Part shown: in pieces, positions 1 to 12,200 of the stretch
Layout of the letters: each line of letters begins with the position of its first letter
How positions within the stretch are numbered: position 1 is the stretch's first letter
Assembly (NCBI GenBank): GCA_051942165.1
Contig: JAVECS010000009.1
Coordinates: forward strand, 1-49,788
Source of the DNA: Circinaria calcarea
Lineage: Eukaryota
Direction: 5' to 3'
DNA: 49,788 bases
Translations under genes and position numbers: made by a program
The notes under the pieces: model-generated
Databases searched by the model: none
What the model was told of the DNA's origin: nothing
What the model saw: only the letters and a program-made list of their open reading frames with translations

Positions 1-1
1 A

Positions 2-1066
2 GAAGTTCTCGCACTGGCATACGAGCTGGAATGCGAGAGAAATCATGGTGATTGGAGGCTACGAAGGGTACCTGGCCAGAAAGGGCTGAACGGTACGCCG
101 CCTCCAAAGCAGGAAGATATCTCTGTGCCTCTGGACCCAACTGTACCAAGTGACTTGCAGGATACCCAAGAGGTTGCTCGGCTTTCCGCTTTGACGGACC
201 CTATACTTGAAAAATATGTCGAAGCAAAGAAGCGTCTCGTTGATGAGGCCGCTAGCCCGCAACAAATGCCAGAAACCTCCCAGGACTTGAATACTATTAT
301 ATCAGCTGAAATGGCTGTCCTCGACATTGGTTCAGGCCCCCATGAATCTACAAAACCTGAACCCCATGCCTCGACATCACTGAGCCAGATGACGGAAGAT
401 ACTACAGCCACAGACTCGGACTCATCTGGCTCCGAAGGTTGGATTACCCCTTCTAACTTGAGGAAGCAGCAAGCCCGAGACCAAAACGGAGATGTTTTAC
501 CCGGCAAGGAGAACAAAGTAATGCAGGTGGCTACCATCACAAGCGATTTCGCAATGCAGAATGTACTTTTACAAATGAATCTAAATCTACTCTCGCCTTC
601 AATGCTTCGGGTGACACACCTCAAGAATTACATCTTACGTTGTCATGCATGCTTTGAGAAGACTAAAGATATGACCAAGCAGTTTTGCCCGCGGTGTGGC
701 AAGCCCACGCTGACGAGGGTGGCTTGCTCGACAAGTGCAAATGGTGAATTCAAGATACACCTTAAAAAGAACATGCAATGGAATACCCGAGGGGACCGGT
801 TCAGCATTCCAAAGCCAGTGCCAGGAGCTTCTAACGGGAAGGTTGGAACGGGTAAGGGAGGCGGGAAAGGTGGTTGGGGACAAGAGTTGATACTCGCAGA
901 GGATCAGAAGGAGTACGTGCAGGCGATGCAAGGCCGGAATCGGAAGAAGGAGAGAAACCTGATGGACGAAGATTACCTTCCAGGTATCCTAACAGGGGAA
1001 AGGGGAAGGGCCGGGGGACGCCCGAAGATTGGAGGAGGGAGGAACGTGAATTCAAAGAAGCGGTGA
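2..1066 (+). CDS. NOB1: 20S pre-rRNA D-site endonuclease Nob1 (5'-truncated by window edge)
   Basis: Frame is open from base 2 (EVLALAYELECERNHGDWRLR, end of PIN domain). It contains GWITPSN, TSDFAMQNVLLQMNL and the zinc ribbon RCHACF...FCPRCG, and stops at 1066. Confidence 0.95.
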   Translation, partial: EVLALAYELECERNHGDWRLRRVPGQKGLNGTPPPKQEDISVPLDPTVPSDLQDTQEVARLSALTDPILEKYVEAKKRLVDEAASPQQMPETSQDLNTIISAEMAVLDIGSGPHESTKPEPHASTSLSQMTEDTTATDSDSSGSEGWITPSNLRKQQARDQNGDVLPGKENKVMQVATITSDFAMQNVLLQMNLNLLSPSMLRVTHLKNYILRCHACFEKTKDMTKQFCPRCGKPTLTRVACSTSANGEFKIHLKKNMQWNTRGDRFSIPKPVPGASNGKVGTGKGGGKGGWGQELILAEDQKEYVQAMQGRNRKKERNLMDEDYLPGILTGERGRAGGRPKIGGGRNVNSKKR

Positions 1067-1353
1067 TAACGTAGCTCATAAAGACCAGACGAAATGATTG
1101 CCAGAAAAAAGCTGAAATTCCGGTCGACGTGGCACGTTGTTTTGTACTGAAGAATCCATGTGAACTGAGCTCGCAGCAGAGGGCTCACACCAATCACATA
1201 TATGAATATCCTTGCACCTTGCTCCACCTTTAGGTTATCTGCGAACCCAGCCACCACCCCAGCTTCAGTATTCACCTCCTCATCCTCTCGGGGTCCCCGC
1301 CCACTCTGCTCCTTAACGTCTTGCCACCCGAATTGTAGAAAAATCCTTGGTCC

Positions 1354-1709
1354 CTACTGTCCCAGCACCTTCTCATTCTCTAAGCACCTACTCAGCACTT
1401 GCTTTCTCCTCAACTCATAAATCACTCACTCTGCTGCGTAATCAGCAACCCGTATCTCTTCTTCAACGTAACCCGATGCCTATTTTCCCGCGTAAATCAG
1501 CCCCCAGCATTCCTAAATCCCCGTTCCCAGAATACCCCCAGTTCCTTCTCAGTTCCATGGGTGTATGGCGTGCCTCTGACATACCGCGAATATTTATCGT
1601 CGGGTGAGAACCGAGCGGGATGTGCGCTTTTTGTGACCTCGCTCCCTTGGACTTTTTTGAGCGTGTAGAGGCGCTGGCCCGTGGGCGAGAGGGTGTACAT
1701 GAGATGCAT
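1354..1709 (-). CDS. NOP10: H/ACA snoRNP subunit Nop10 (3 coding exons)
   Basis: Spliced protein MHLMYTL...YTLKK...[41 protein letters not shown] with two GT-AG introns. Stop TAG at 1354-1356. Confidence 0.95.
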
Positions 1710-1710
1710 A

Positions 1711-1768
1711 CTATTTGGGATGAGGGTTAGTAAGAAGACTCAAGGAGAGAACGTAGGAGGGGACGTAC
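1711..1768 (-). other. 5'-UTR intron of NOP10
   Basis: Minus strand reads GTACGT...TACTAAC...AAATAG (58 nt) and ends 1 nt before the NOP10 ATG. Confidence 0.75.
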
Positions 1769-3189
1769 ATAGTATTGCTGATTTGAGTGGTGGATGCTCG
1801 GGAGATTAGAAGATTGAAGTGCAGACTCACCACTTCGTATGGTGAAAATAAAAGATTTTGGGAACAAAAGGATTGACGAATCATACTGCATGGATTGTTC
1901 GGACGGACTACTTTCGTAAGGCTTGGCGCGATTAACTGATGTTTGTAAAGCGACAACAAAGCTGAAGCGAAGCTCCACCAGATCAGGGATCATCATCCAC
2001 AATTAAATTAGTACACTATACTAACTTCGAAGAGTCCGCCTTCGAAGACGTCCAGCCAATGTGAGACCCTCAGCAGAGGAGTTTACGTACAGAAACTCCT
2101 CCGACTAATTCTACATGAACTCCATACCAAGCCGGTTGAAATGGTGTCTGGTTCTGTGACCATATGTAAAGTGAGCCAGCCAGCAATCAGGTTAGACCAG
2201 AGTGCAGACCACTGCTCCTAGCTGTGGCTCCTGCTTCTATCGTGGGTCGCGCGGACAATGGCTATCGACTCATAGAGGTGATTTGCCAGCTCATTGGTGA
2301 CACGGCCTAATAGACTCTCTGAGCACGGGAATCCAAAAGTTAGGGGAGTTCTCCTATCTTCACCTCTCACGCCATCAAATTATTCACTGCTTCTGCTTTG
2401 CTTCCCGCGAGCTTTACTCCCATTTCCTTTTTCTGTTGAAGTATCTAATATCATTCACTACAACATGAGACTCTCCCATCCAAACCCCGATGAGTCCATG
2501 GACAAGGATCCCAAGGACATACAAAGGGGAGTGATCGGGAGACCCAGCTTAAGTACCGTACATGGCGCCCCGGCTAATAGAGATAGACCATTAATACTGA
2601 CACCTTGTATCTAGAAGAGAATCATTAGGAGAGGGAAGCTAGAGAGGTCGATGAGGTACGTATTGTAGAAATACTTTACCTAAACAAAGACGCTGTAACG
2701 CCGGAAGACGGCACGCTGTCAATTCTAACCTCTATGCCTTACCGACATGATCCCACCTCGAGCAAACCGCTGGAGGTAGAGAAGACTCAGTCCGAAGAGG
2801 GCATAGGGAATGGCCTTCCTTGGGGCAATATAGATAATACTGATCTACCGACTGCGAATTTAAAGGAAAAGATATATCTTATAAAGCCTCAGTTGATGAA
2901 GCATAATTCATGAGCGGCTCTGCAACGACCTGCGGCAATACAGACTTGCGACTATGCATTCGCTGCATGGGTGCACGATGTGAGGGGAAGCGAGCTCGAT
3001 TCATTAACATGGTGTCCTTTTCGTCGTTGCCTTTTTGCAATTTACTTCACTATGCCACGTAGGTATACTACGATTCTTTTGCATAACGTTCGTTTAGTGT
3101 TTGCGTTATTCCCACTAGTGCATGCTCGTATTACAAGAGGCAACGGCTAGATTACTCTACAAATCAGTCCTTAGAACAGAAGTCCTACT

Positions 3190-6100
3190 ATGTCACCAGT
3201 TGATGTACCCCCGCGCCATCCTCCACGTCGGCTTTCACGAGGTTTAGAACTGTCTGTTGGTTCCACGGATATGACCAAGTTGAGGACGGTGTTCCAGCGC
3301 GGGAGTACAATAAGCCCAAAACCATTTACGGGGGTCCTTATAGACAAAACCACTGGGATGAGTTCAAGGAGAGAGTCGCTGGATCCAATGACTTCACATA
3401 GACCCAGACCCCGAGTGTGGTCGAGAATCGAATTGGAACCATTCCGAGCTCAGTTTGACGAATGGTATGTTAAAGGTAGAACATTATTGGAAATTCAACA
3501 ACTCTTCACCGCCTGTGGCCTTAATGTGAGGTGGGTTTTGTTGCTCCCCCCACATTATATCTTAATGACTGGTTTATGTTTTAGCATCTCGCAGCTCATG
3601 TGCTTTGTGAAACCCAACTCTGAGATCGACGTTATTCGAGAGAGTCCGACAACGTCACACGCAGGATTAGAGCAATCTAAGTTCCGCCCAGAGGAGTCAT
3701 TCAACAACTTTCATCCAATTGGACAAAATATAGATAACCTTGACGGGCAAAACACCGAAGAAGATGAAGGTATCTCCATGGATCATACGCATTTAGCAGC
3801 GACACAGTTATCGATTCAAGATGTCCCCGCGGAGCGAGTCACAGACAAGGGATGGTCTAACCAGGTCATTGACTCAGCGAGTAGTAGTAAAACCAGAGCT
3901 CAACAGAATAAGGGTCTGGGAAGCTACAATATCCAACCTGGCCATCTCTCTGATTCACTTACCGCAAGACATGAAGAAACAGGCAGATTGGAGCAAGAAG
4001 TAGACAGGGAAATCCCCGTCAACCCATCAGCCGAAGAGATATCCCATGCTAAGCTAAAGCAATATCACCATGTTCTTACGCAGCCTCTGAATAGACAACG
4101 CGGTAGAGAAAAGGGGCCTCTTGTCTCTAGCGAGAACGAGGAAGAGTTGGAAACAGGTCGCTATTTGCATAGCTTACAACGTCTAGGACCTAGAGGAGAG
4201 AGCTTCTTGACATCGGGCGAGCTGGTAGCCGCCGAGGGACAAATAGGGGGTGTCAAGAGTGCGAGTGAAAAGTTGGTGATTGAAGGATGCCAAAGGGGCT
4301 GGGGCATACAGGACCTACTAGAACGAATTCGACCTTCGAGTCTACAACGGCAAATAAAGTGGGTAACTAATGATAGTTCCGGCGCTAAGAAGAATACGGA
4401 GTTTATCCTCAGGAACGTTACCTCATCCTTGAGTCTCTCGAATATCTCGTCCTCTAAAGGCAAAGAAGCTCTAGGAGGTTTTCGGTACAATCATGCGGAA
4501 GCTCTTGACGCTGCTAGAAGTCATCAATCTGAAGCCTACCAATTAATTGGCCATCAGACCGAGCACTCTATGGTCCTTGTTAATGAACTTAAGTACCACA
4601 TGCTAGCTCGCATTAGACTTCTAATATATAAGTGGGAGGTTCCACGTGGTCTCGGATTATCAAACACAGAAATACGAAGTATCGAGAGATTACAGAAGCT
4701 CCTCCAGCGTCTCGAAATCTGGCCTAAAGTCCTAGAGTCAAGCGGGGTTGATACTAACAGAAGTCAAGCTAGACATAATTCAACGTCGAATATACCCTCC
4801 ATCGTCTTCTTTTTGTTTAACGTCTGTCACATAAAGTCGATAAGATGGCGTTTAGTGGATTTGACTGAAGGTGGCCGAGGGCCTCGTCGAAGGAGGCCTC
4901 TCACGTCAGTAAAGAGAGATCTGTTAAGTCTACCAATGATCAAGAGACAGAATCACGCCATACCTAGAAGGAACTTACCAGAAGCGAATGTGCTTTCACG
5001 AATCAGCGGTGGCCCTGATAACTCACTAGCTCTGCAATCACGTAAAACATGTTGGAAATGGGCTTGTCTGGACGCATTTACGCTTTACGTTTGCAATATG
5101 GTCCAAGCCTGGCAGGTCTATCTCCGGCCACGTTTGCAATCCGGGTATCGAAGAATTGAATGGGTTTGTGTCTGTACCCCGTCCTGAACAACAATTAACA
5201 CAAGAAATCTATGTCCGTACGCTAACGACGATGTAGGATTGTGGGAAGAATATGTACGGAGACTTTGATGACAGTTGTCCAGAAGACACTAATGCGCTGG
5301 CCGGAACCCTGCAACAATCTAATCCTGGTACGACTCCTCGAGGTCAAGGTGATTTTTCTGCCCCTATATCAATATTGCCTGTTGGCCACATACTTCAAAA
5401 AACTAGTTCGACAGATATTCAAGGAACGCCTAGCAGCACCCAAAATCTGGGTGCTCGGAACCAGTTGCACGCAGCAGGAAATAATGTTTCCGGTGTCATT
5501 GCTATGAAAAAGTATCTAGAGCTCTGTGTCAATACCGGCGAGTTCCACAAGTCCCTTGGCGAAATTGAAATAACTGGAGTGTGTTCGGACGGACTGCTCT
5601 TCCGAAAGATTAAGAAGAAGTATCTCGACCTTCGGAGCTACCGCGCTAGGTATTTTCTTTTGCAGCCCACCGCGGTTCAATTTGTACAGGTCAGCTCCAG
5701 AGAGATTCCGACGGTAATATGGATTCCAGCTGATCGTATGTAGTTCTCTCTGGAAAATGGACACAGTGTTGGGATACTTGATTCTCCATGTTCCCTCCCT
5801 CCCGAAGATGAAGTGACGTCCAAGCGATATTATTACAATCCTTGCCCGCTTAAGCCGCCTCCAATACCGTCACACGTTTTTCTCCACTACCTAAGCTCCT
5901 CTCGGGACCATCCTCGGAGTGTTTGGCTCGATCGACTCCCGCAGAAGCTGGAAGGCAGCATGATGCAAAGCACCGAGCCCCTGCCCGTCGGATGGGGAAT
6001 ATACATTATCGAAGGCCCTAACAGAATAGCGATGTTCTGGACGATTGTAGGTATCGTGATTGTAAGCATCATTGTAAGTACAACATGGACTGTTGTAAAG

Positions 6101-6196
6101 GGGGATATCCAAGGGGGATTTGGAGTGGGCGCGTGGATGGTCTCCGTTCCAAATGTTCTAATGGTGGCATTCTTCCTCAAATGGAGTGGGGAGTGA
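3190..6196 (+). CDS. Uncharacterised fungal protein with two C-terminal TM helices and a possible Clr5-like N-terminal domain (start codon uncertain: 3190, 3358 or 3388)
   Basis: Three ORFs are joined by GT-AG introns (about 3530-3583, 5170-5236 and 5690-5743). Splicing yields RIEWVC|DCGKNMYGDF, YLELCVNTG...LGEI, YYYNPCPLKPPPIPSHVFLHYL and GWGIYIIEGPNR followed by two hydrophobic helices. Confidence 0.65.
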
Positions 6197-7111
6197 AGTA
6201 GATGAGACAGACACGATACTCGTTGTAATTTGAGGACCTCCGGAAGTTGTTGGCTTTTGAGAATGTACCCCTATCTGCTACTGTCAAGGCTCGGAGTGAT
6301 GACAATCTTCCTGATAGCAGAAATACATTTTTGAGACCTTTGAGACCTATTACTACCTGAGATCCGCAGACACCCTATCGTTATTAAGGGAAATCTAGAT
6401 TAATTGATGGGCACCTGCTTCCTAAACCGTGCAGTGGCTCAACGAGATGGAGGGGCTCCTGTCCTGTATGCGGTGGCGGGAACGGAAATATCCAAGACTT
6501 GGAATGTCAGGTCGGCTTTCACCGATGAGCTCCTCAGAGGTTAATGTCGTAACAGTATTTTCAGAACGTACTCCCTTGATCTATTGGTCTCGTCGAGATT
6601 TTTCATTCTTTTCTGGTTATCCAGGGAAAATATGTATTACGGTCGGAGCATTTCCGTATTTACCTTTGGTTATCGGAGAATAACTCAGAGCCGGAGTACT
6701 GAGGCACGCGCTACCAAATCTCTTAACGGACCCATGACTAAGCAGCTTTAGCTTTGTCCACCAAATTTGCAGTCAGCCCCCCACCATTTTCAAATTTATG
6801 GTTGTCAGCAAAATTCTGGACTGTGACCTGGCCGTCTTAAGCTGGATGACTGCGTTCAATCGGTAAGTCTAAATTATTTCCCCTAAGACCTACTTAAATA
6901 TGGCGGGGATGACACCATTAGATGCCTAGGGAATGACTCTGACTTTATGTTGTTTTCAATGAGGGCTCTATTTTCTCTCCGAGAAGACTACAACGGTATC
7001 TGAGCTATATTATACATAGAACTGCTGCTTCTACAGGTGCTCGGTTTTTCACTTACTGATCGGCTTTGTAGTAACAAGATTTTCGAGCGAGTTCTCAAGC
7101 AATGAGGAAAT

Positions 7112-8476
7112 ATGGGAGCTGTCATGGACCTCAATGGGATTGGAACAGATGAGAAAAAGCGAAGTCAACCTGCGAGGCAGAAAAGGCCAAACTATAACGT
7201 TCTCCATGCACATCCACTACCACTCCGAGTGCACCCTTTGCCGCCGTTGATACCCCACAATCCGCTCTCGCTCCTGCAGATTGCATATACGTATATTTCC
7301 CACCTACTCTCTCCTCCATCCTCACATCCTCCTGTCAAGTATCAAGGTTATTGGTCCCCGGAAACACGGTCTGTTCATATTATCGACGAAGCCGACGGTC
7401 GTGCGCTTTGGGAAAATGGATTCTTTGGAAAAGGTAGCTTAAGCAGGAGTGAGCCTAGCTGGCTAGATCGGGAAAAGAGAAAGAAAGGCCTCATAGCGGG
7501 CGAGACTAGTGAGGAGATTACACGTAAAAGGAGGGAGGAGAGGAGAGAGTTTAAGAAAGAGAGGGCTAGGAAAGAAAGGGAAGTTATCGAAGCGAAAATG
7601 CGAGAGGAGACGAGGTCAGACATAAACGACACCACCAACATTGTGGCAATCGAAAATCTCGGGCACAGTGGAGTTGAATCGTTACCTACAAATGGAGAAA
7701 CTGATGGTATCCCAAGTACAGGTACAGAGGAGCCAAAGAGAGGTTGCAATAGAAACAGGCAAGACAGCGCATCAAAAGCTGACGTTAGAGACACGGTCCA
7801 CCTGGAAATCGTTGCGAATGGCAGTACTCAAGCCCTCAAAGACATTGGAAACCAAGAACACTTACAATTGACTTCTGAGGAAGCCTTCTTCCTCGCTTAT
7901 GGACTTGGTGTACTTAACGTTAGTGATTCAAGTACAGTTAATTCTATGCCTACCGATCAACTTTTCAATGTATTCAGGACAAACTCTTACTTTCCGCCTT
8001 GTGAAGTTGAGGAACTACAGCCAGATGATCCTTTCCTTATGTCGTACATCGTGTACCACCATTTTCGGTCTCTCGGCTGGGTGGTTAGACCAGGTGTTAA
8101 GTTTGCGGTCGACTATCTGCTTTACAACCGTGGACCAGTATTCTCTCATGCTGAATTCGCAGTCATGATTTTGCCCTCGTACACTCATCAATATTGGCAT
8201 GACACGGAAGAACGGGCTACAAAGATTAGGAAGAAGGAAAGAAAAAGCTGGTGGTGGCTTCATTGCGTCAATCGGGTTCAAAGTCAAGTCCGGAAAAGCC
8301 TGGTGTTAGTCTATGTCGAGGTACCCCCTCCACTGTACGAAATAGAAATACCATTGGAACCTCCGAAGAGTGCTAGAGAAGACCATGGTGTCTTAGATAT
8401 CACTGCGATTCTAAGGAGGTACAAGGTCCGAGAATTGACTTTAAAGAGATGGATCCCGAATCGGAGCAGAGACTGA
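7112..8476 (+). CDS. SEN2: tRNA-splicing endonuclease catalytic subunit Sen2
   Basis: Motifs LWENGFFGKGSLSRSEPSW, EHLQLTSEEAFFL, YHHFRSLGWVVRPGVKFAVDYLLYNRGPVFSHAEFAV and the C-terminal RWIPNRSRD. Single 454-aa ORF. Confidence 0.95.
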   Translation: MGAVMDLNGIGTDEKKRSQPARQKRPNYNVLHAHPLPLRVHPLPPLIPHNPLSLLQIAYTYISHLLSPPSSHPPVKYQGYWSPETRSVHIIDEADGRALWENGFFGKGSLSRSEPSWLDREKRKKGLIAGETSEEITRKRREERREFKKERARKEREVIEAKMREETRSDINDTTNIVAIENLGHSGVESLPTNGETDGIPSTGTEEPKRGCNRNRQDSASKADVRDTVHLEIVANGSTQALKDIGNQEHLQLTSEEAFFLAYGLGVLNVSDSSTVNSMPTDQLFNVFRTNSYFPPCEVEELQPDDPFLMSYIVYHHFRSLGWVVRPGVKFAVDYLLYNRGPVFSHAEFAVMILPSYTHQYWHDTEERATKIRKKERKSWWWLHCVNRVQSQVRKSLVLVYVEVPPPLYEIEIPLEPPKSAREDHGVLDITAILRRYKVRELTLKRWIPNRSRD

Positions 8477-8887
8477 ATGGGCGGCAAGAATCTAGGGGAA
8501 TTCAATCTTGATGCTTTCACGGTGACAACCAAGGAGAGGCAGCGGAGGTGCTGATTTGGGCCTGGCTTCGCCTAATCTCTGGTTTGGACATGAACACGAG
8601 CAAAGTCCAAGCGATGGACACGATATTATGGTTAAGATACACGGCCTCGGATCCCGTTGGCCGTTGGCCCTTGGAGGTGAGGTGTTGTCTCCGACATTAA
8701 CAGGGAACCAGGTAAGTACCGAGGAAGCGGACATAGTGTTCAATCCAACTTACTAATGGCACTTATTAGGTTGTCATTATTTAGGACAGGAACACTAGAA
8801 AGGTAACGGGTCTGGCCATAGGCCAATGACTTTTTCTAGGCTCATAGGACGTAGAGTACCTCATACGACAACGTCAGGACTGCACTT

Positions 8888-8901
8888 GGGGGGGGGGGGG
8901 G
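8888..8901 (+). repeat. Poly-G tract (G14)
   Basis: 14 consecutive G in the SEN2-RAD9 intergenic region. Confidence 0.9.
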
Positions 8902-9293
8902 AAGGAATCTCTCACACCTGGCACAATACCATAGTACTTGTAGTCTGTGGATGTTTACTAGTTAGAGGCTAGATTCTGCATCTTCCTTTCCGTGTTTGTT
9001 CAAGATGTGATGGAGGGGTTTTAAGTTTAAACTGTAATGGCCGTCCTTTTGATAGTCACATTGTAGGGCGTGTGTAACCATCCGATACTCAGCAAAGAAA
9101 GATTAGTCTCGCTTAGATTGCCGAAAGCTACGTAAAGTGATTCATCACGGGTGTTCGCGAGTCGCCATGCCTAGTGTTAGTCGCGGGACGAGAAAGAACA
9201 CTCTCTGCAGAGCATCTTAGACCGGTAATCCTGTTTCTACCCTGCATCTCTGCAACATTTGTATGCCCTATTGAATATGTTCCGGTTGCAAAA

Positions 9294-12200
9294 ATGGCTG
9301 CTGAAATCGACAGCCAAGAAGCCTCCCAGCTAAGGGCGTTACTCTTGGGATATCGAAATAATGAGGTAAGCAACTACGAAAATGCAATTCGGTTATGCAC
9401 GTAGTTGACGCAAGCAACCCTGCAGTCTCACAGTCATGGCGCGCTGCCACACTTCCACGCGACGACATCGAAGGCCGGAAAAGATGATGCCTCGTGGGAA
9501 GAAACGGCACGCGACAAACGACAACACCGTGCGCACGATGTTATATCACCCCAAATTGCTAGGAACGCTACGGCTGAACCACCCAGATACTCTACTTCCC
9601 GGGCAGAACCTCCCACCATTATCCTCGACTCTTCCGCCAAGAAAATGACTTCTGATGAGAGTCAGGGAGGCGGCGACACTCAGCCGCTTTCTCAATCGGT
9701 TTACGACCAACACATGAGCAGGAGCAATGAATCCAAGAGAAAAACAGACAGCCATAGCAATGGGATAAACGCTGGAACTCCACATACGTATCGTTCGGGA
9801 GAGACAGGTCACATCGACCTGCTTGGTGTGTTTGAGCAACCTGACAACTCCGAGAACGCGGGAGAGAACGGAGATGACGTTGGCGGAAATACCCAAGTCG
9901 ACGTTCGGGCTGAGATTTACCCCGAGTCGAAACGATTCCAGGTCCCAAAAACACCCGCTACGAACGGCAAAAAGCGTGATTACCGAGGGGTGGTGGTTGA
10001 CTCGGTGGGTAAGACACCTGGTCTACCGATCAATCCGTTTGTCGGCTATGCAAAGGAAAACACTGGGGTTATGGCCCTGAGCCAGGTTTTTCGAGCTACT
10101 CAAGCTGCCTCTTCGCCATCTGCAAACTTGCTGCCTTCGGATGCTCCATCAGAACGACCTTCACCCGCTATGTATAGCGCCCAGCGTCCCTCCACATCTG
10201 CATCTCTGTCATCACCAGCGAAGATGACTCGAACGGGCATGAAACGTGCAGTGACTGAACCACAAACTACGTACATCTCGATGCAGCAATCTCAAGCCGA
10301 ACGAGAAAGGCGGGCCAAAGCTCAGGCTACCTCTTCTCCTGCATACAAGGTGGGTCCGGTAGAGAATTTCTCAGACGATGAGTTCGAATTACAAGACGAT
10401 TTATTTCGAAGGCGCGCCAACTACAAAAAGATAAAGCTCGAGGTAGAAAAGCAATTCGCTGCGGTCACCGCACGCCCTCGACCTGGTTCTCGAATTGCAG
10501 CATCTAATAACATCAAAGGTGTCAAGAAAAGTTTAAAGTCATCATCAACTATGGCTCCGCGAGTTGCTGCTACCGTAATCATTTCAGACGATGAAAAAGA
10601 GAACCTGGTGGACGTTGGTAGTGGCAATGATAGCGAGGATGAAACACAACATGAGGAAGAACCTGAGACACCGGGAGCTGGGTCTGTTGATGAGCTGGCA
10701 GAAGACAACAAGGAGAATTTTGACGTCCGCAACGGCCTTAACCCGATGAGAACCCCCAAAATTGGAAGAGTCCAGACGCCTGCCGTAACATTGCAGACTA
10801 GCCCAGCACGGCAACAACATATCATGTTGTCTCCGCATGAGCATGAGGTCGATGAACTTGCCGGTGGTAATGAGACGATTGACAGAACTAAATTTACAAC
10901 GCGGGACGACCTTGGCAGTCGAGGGACGCAACCTATCGCTATTGTGGATTCGCAGCCGTCTCAATTTCAGAAGCGGGCACAGGAAGCACTGCCGTCCCAA
11001 GAACCTTATCTATCAACAATGATTTCTCCCCCGAAACCCCGAAGGCATAGGCCATATTCCCCGACTCGTCCGCTTCCTCATACTTCACAGATCGACTCTT
11101 CCATGGCAAGACGGGTTATGGATGAGTTTCCCCTTGAACATGCTCCATCGAATCTACCTCGGGGCCAGTATAGTGATAGCCATAAGGTGCAATTAAGCTG
11201 GTCGCCCCTTTCTGCTAAGTCAGGCAATCCAGCACCTTTACGCATCAACTCCGATGATAACCAAAATGCGGAGGCCAATAAGAATCTCAGTTCAAGTCCT
11301 CCGCCAATCCTCAGGGAACCCAAATCTCTAGATTCTATTCGAGTCATATCAGCGAGTGCTCAGAACCAAGAATTCGCCGCTGACGAAAGTACTACAGGAC
11401 CCCCAAGTCAAAGTACTTCTGAAAGGCTGCCAACACTAAGAAGGAGAAAGGGAAAAGGAAAAGAGCAGAAATCGCATGAGTCAAGCTCTGCGAGTAATAG
11501 TTCCGGAACCCCTTACAACCGGACAGCCACATTACGGAGCACGATCCCTGAGACAAGCTCGGTAGTAAGACAGACTACAGTTTTCAGTTCTTCGCACCCT
11601 ACGACACACACAGAAGAGCCCGAGGCGTATATTGCAGAATCTAGCGTAAAGCATTCATCTGGTGCAGCGGAACAACAGTATCAATCCAAATCCTCTACCC
11701 TCTTCGAGACGGCTCGCACACATCTCGTAGAATCACCTACGAAGCCACGAACGCAACGTGTACTTCCATCACCAAATGCTAACGCATCGTCCTCGCGTCG
11801 TTCAAAGGTCAGTAAAGTACGAAAATTCACCGATATTGCAGCAAATCCTTCTCCACTTGATGAAGTTGATGAAGTTGATATGGATATCGGCCTTATGACT
11901 GGTGAAGACCTCAACTTCCAATCTCTCATGGAAGGTTCAAGCCCTGTCAGACCCGCAAAAAGGCGTCGAAGAGCATATGATGGGCAGTTGCATCGGATAC
12001 GGGAGCCAATTTCAGACCGGCGATCGCCGCCTTTGAATGAGCAATGCACAAGGACCAGTCAGCATGGAACGTCCGTAATTGTTGCTACTAGCATACCCTG
12101 TGTGATTTCTGAGGAACCGAATGCTCCTCTAGAGAACCGTCAATCATGTCCTAGAAGTCCTGAAGTTGAGAAGCTGCCGGAATTGGTCCCGACGGAGCCA

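Noticed and set aside
1981..2000. TCAGGGATCAT resembling U3 snoRNA box A, and ATGATGA/CTGA boxes on the minus strand
   Set aside because: The flanking sequence lacks the rest of the U3 boxes, and the C/D spacing is too short for a guide snoRNA.
2294..2911. Short ORF 2294-2614 with intron-like signals (possible small gene or relic)
   Set aside because: No recognisable protein, and trial splicing runs into stops.
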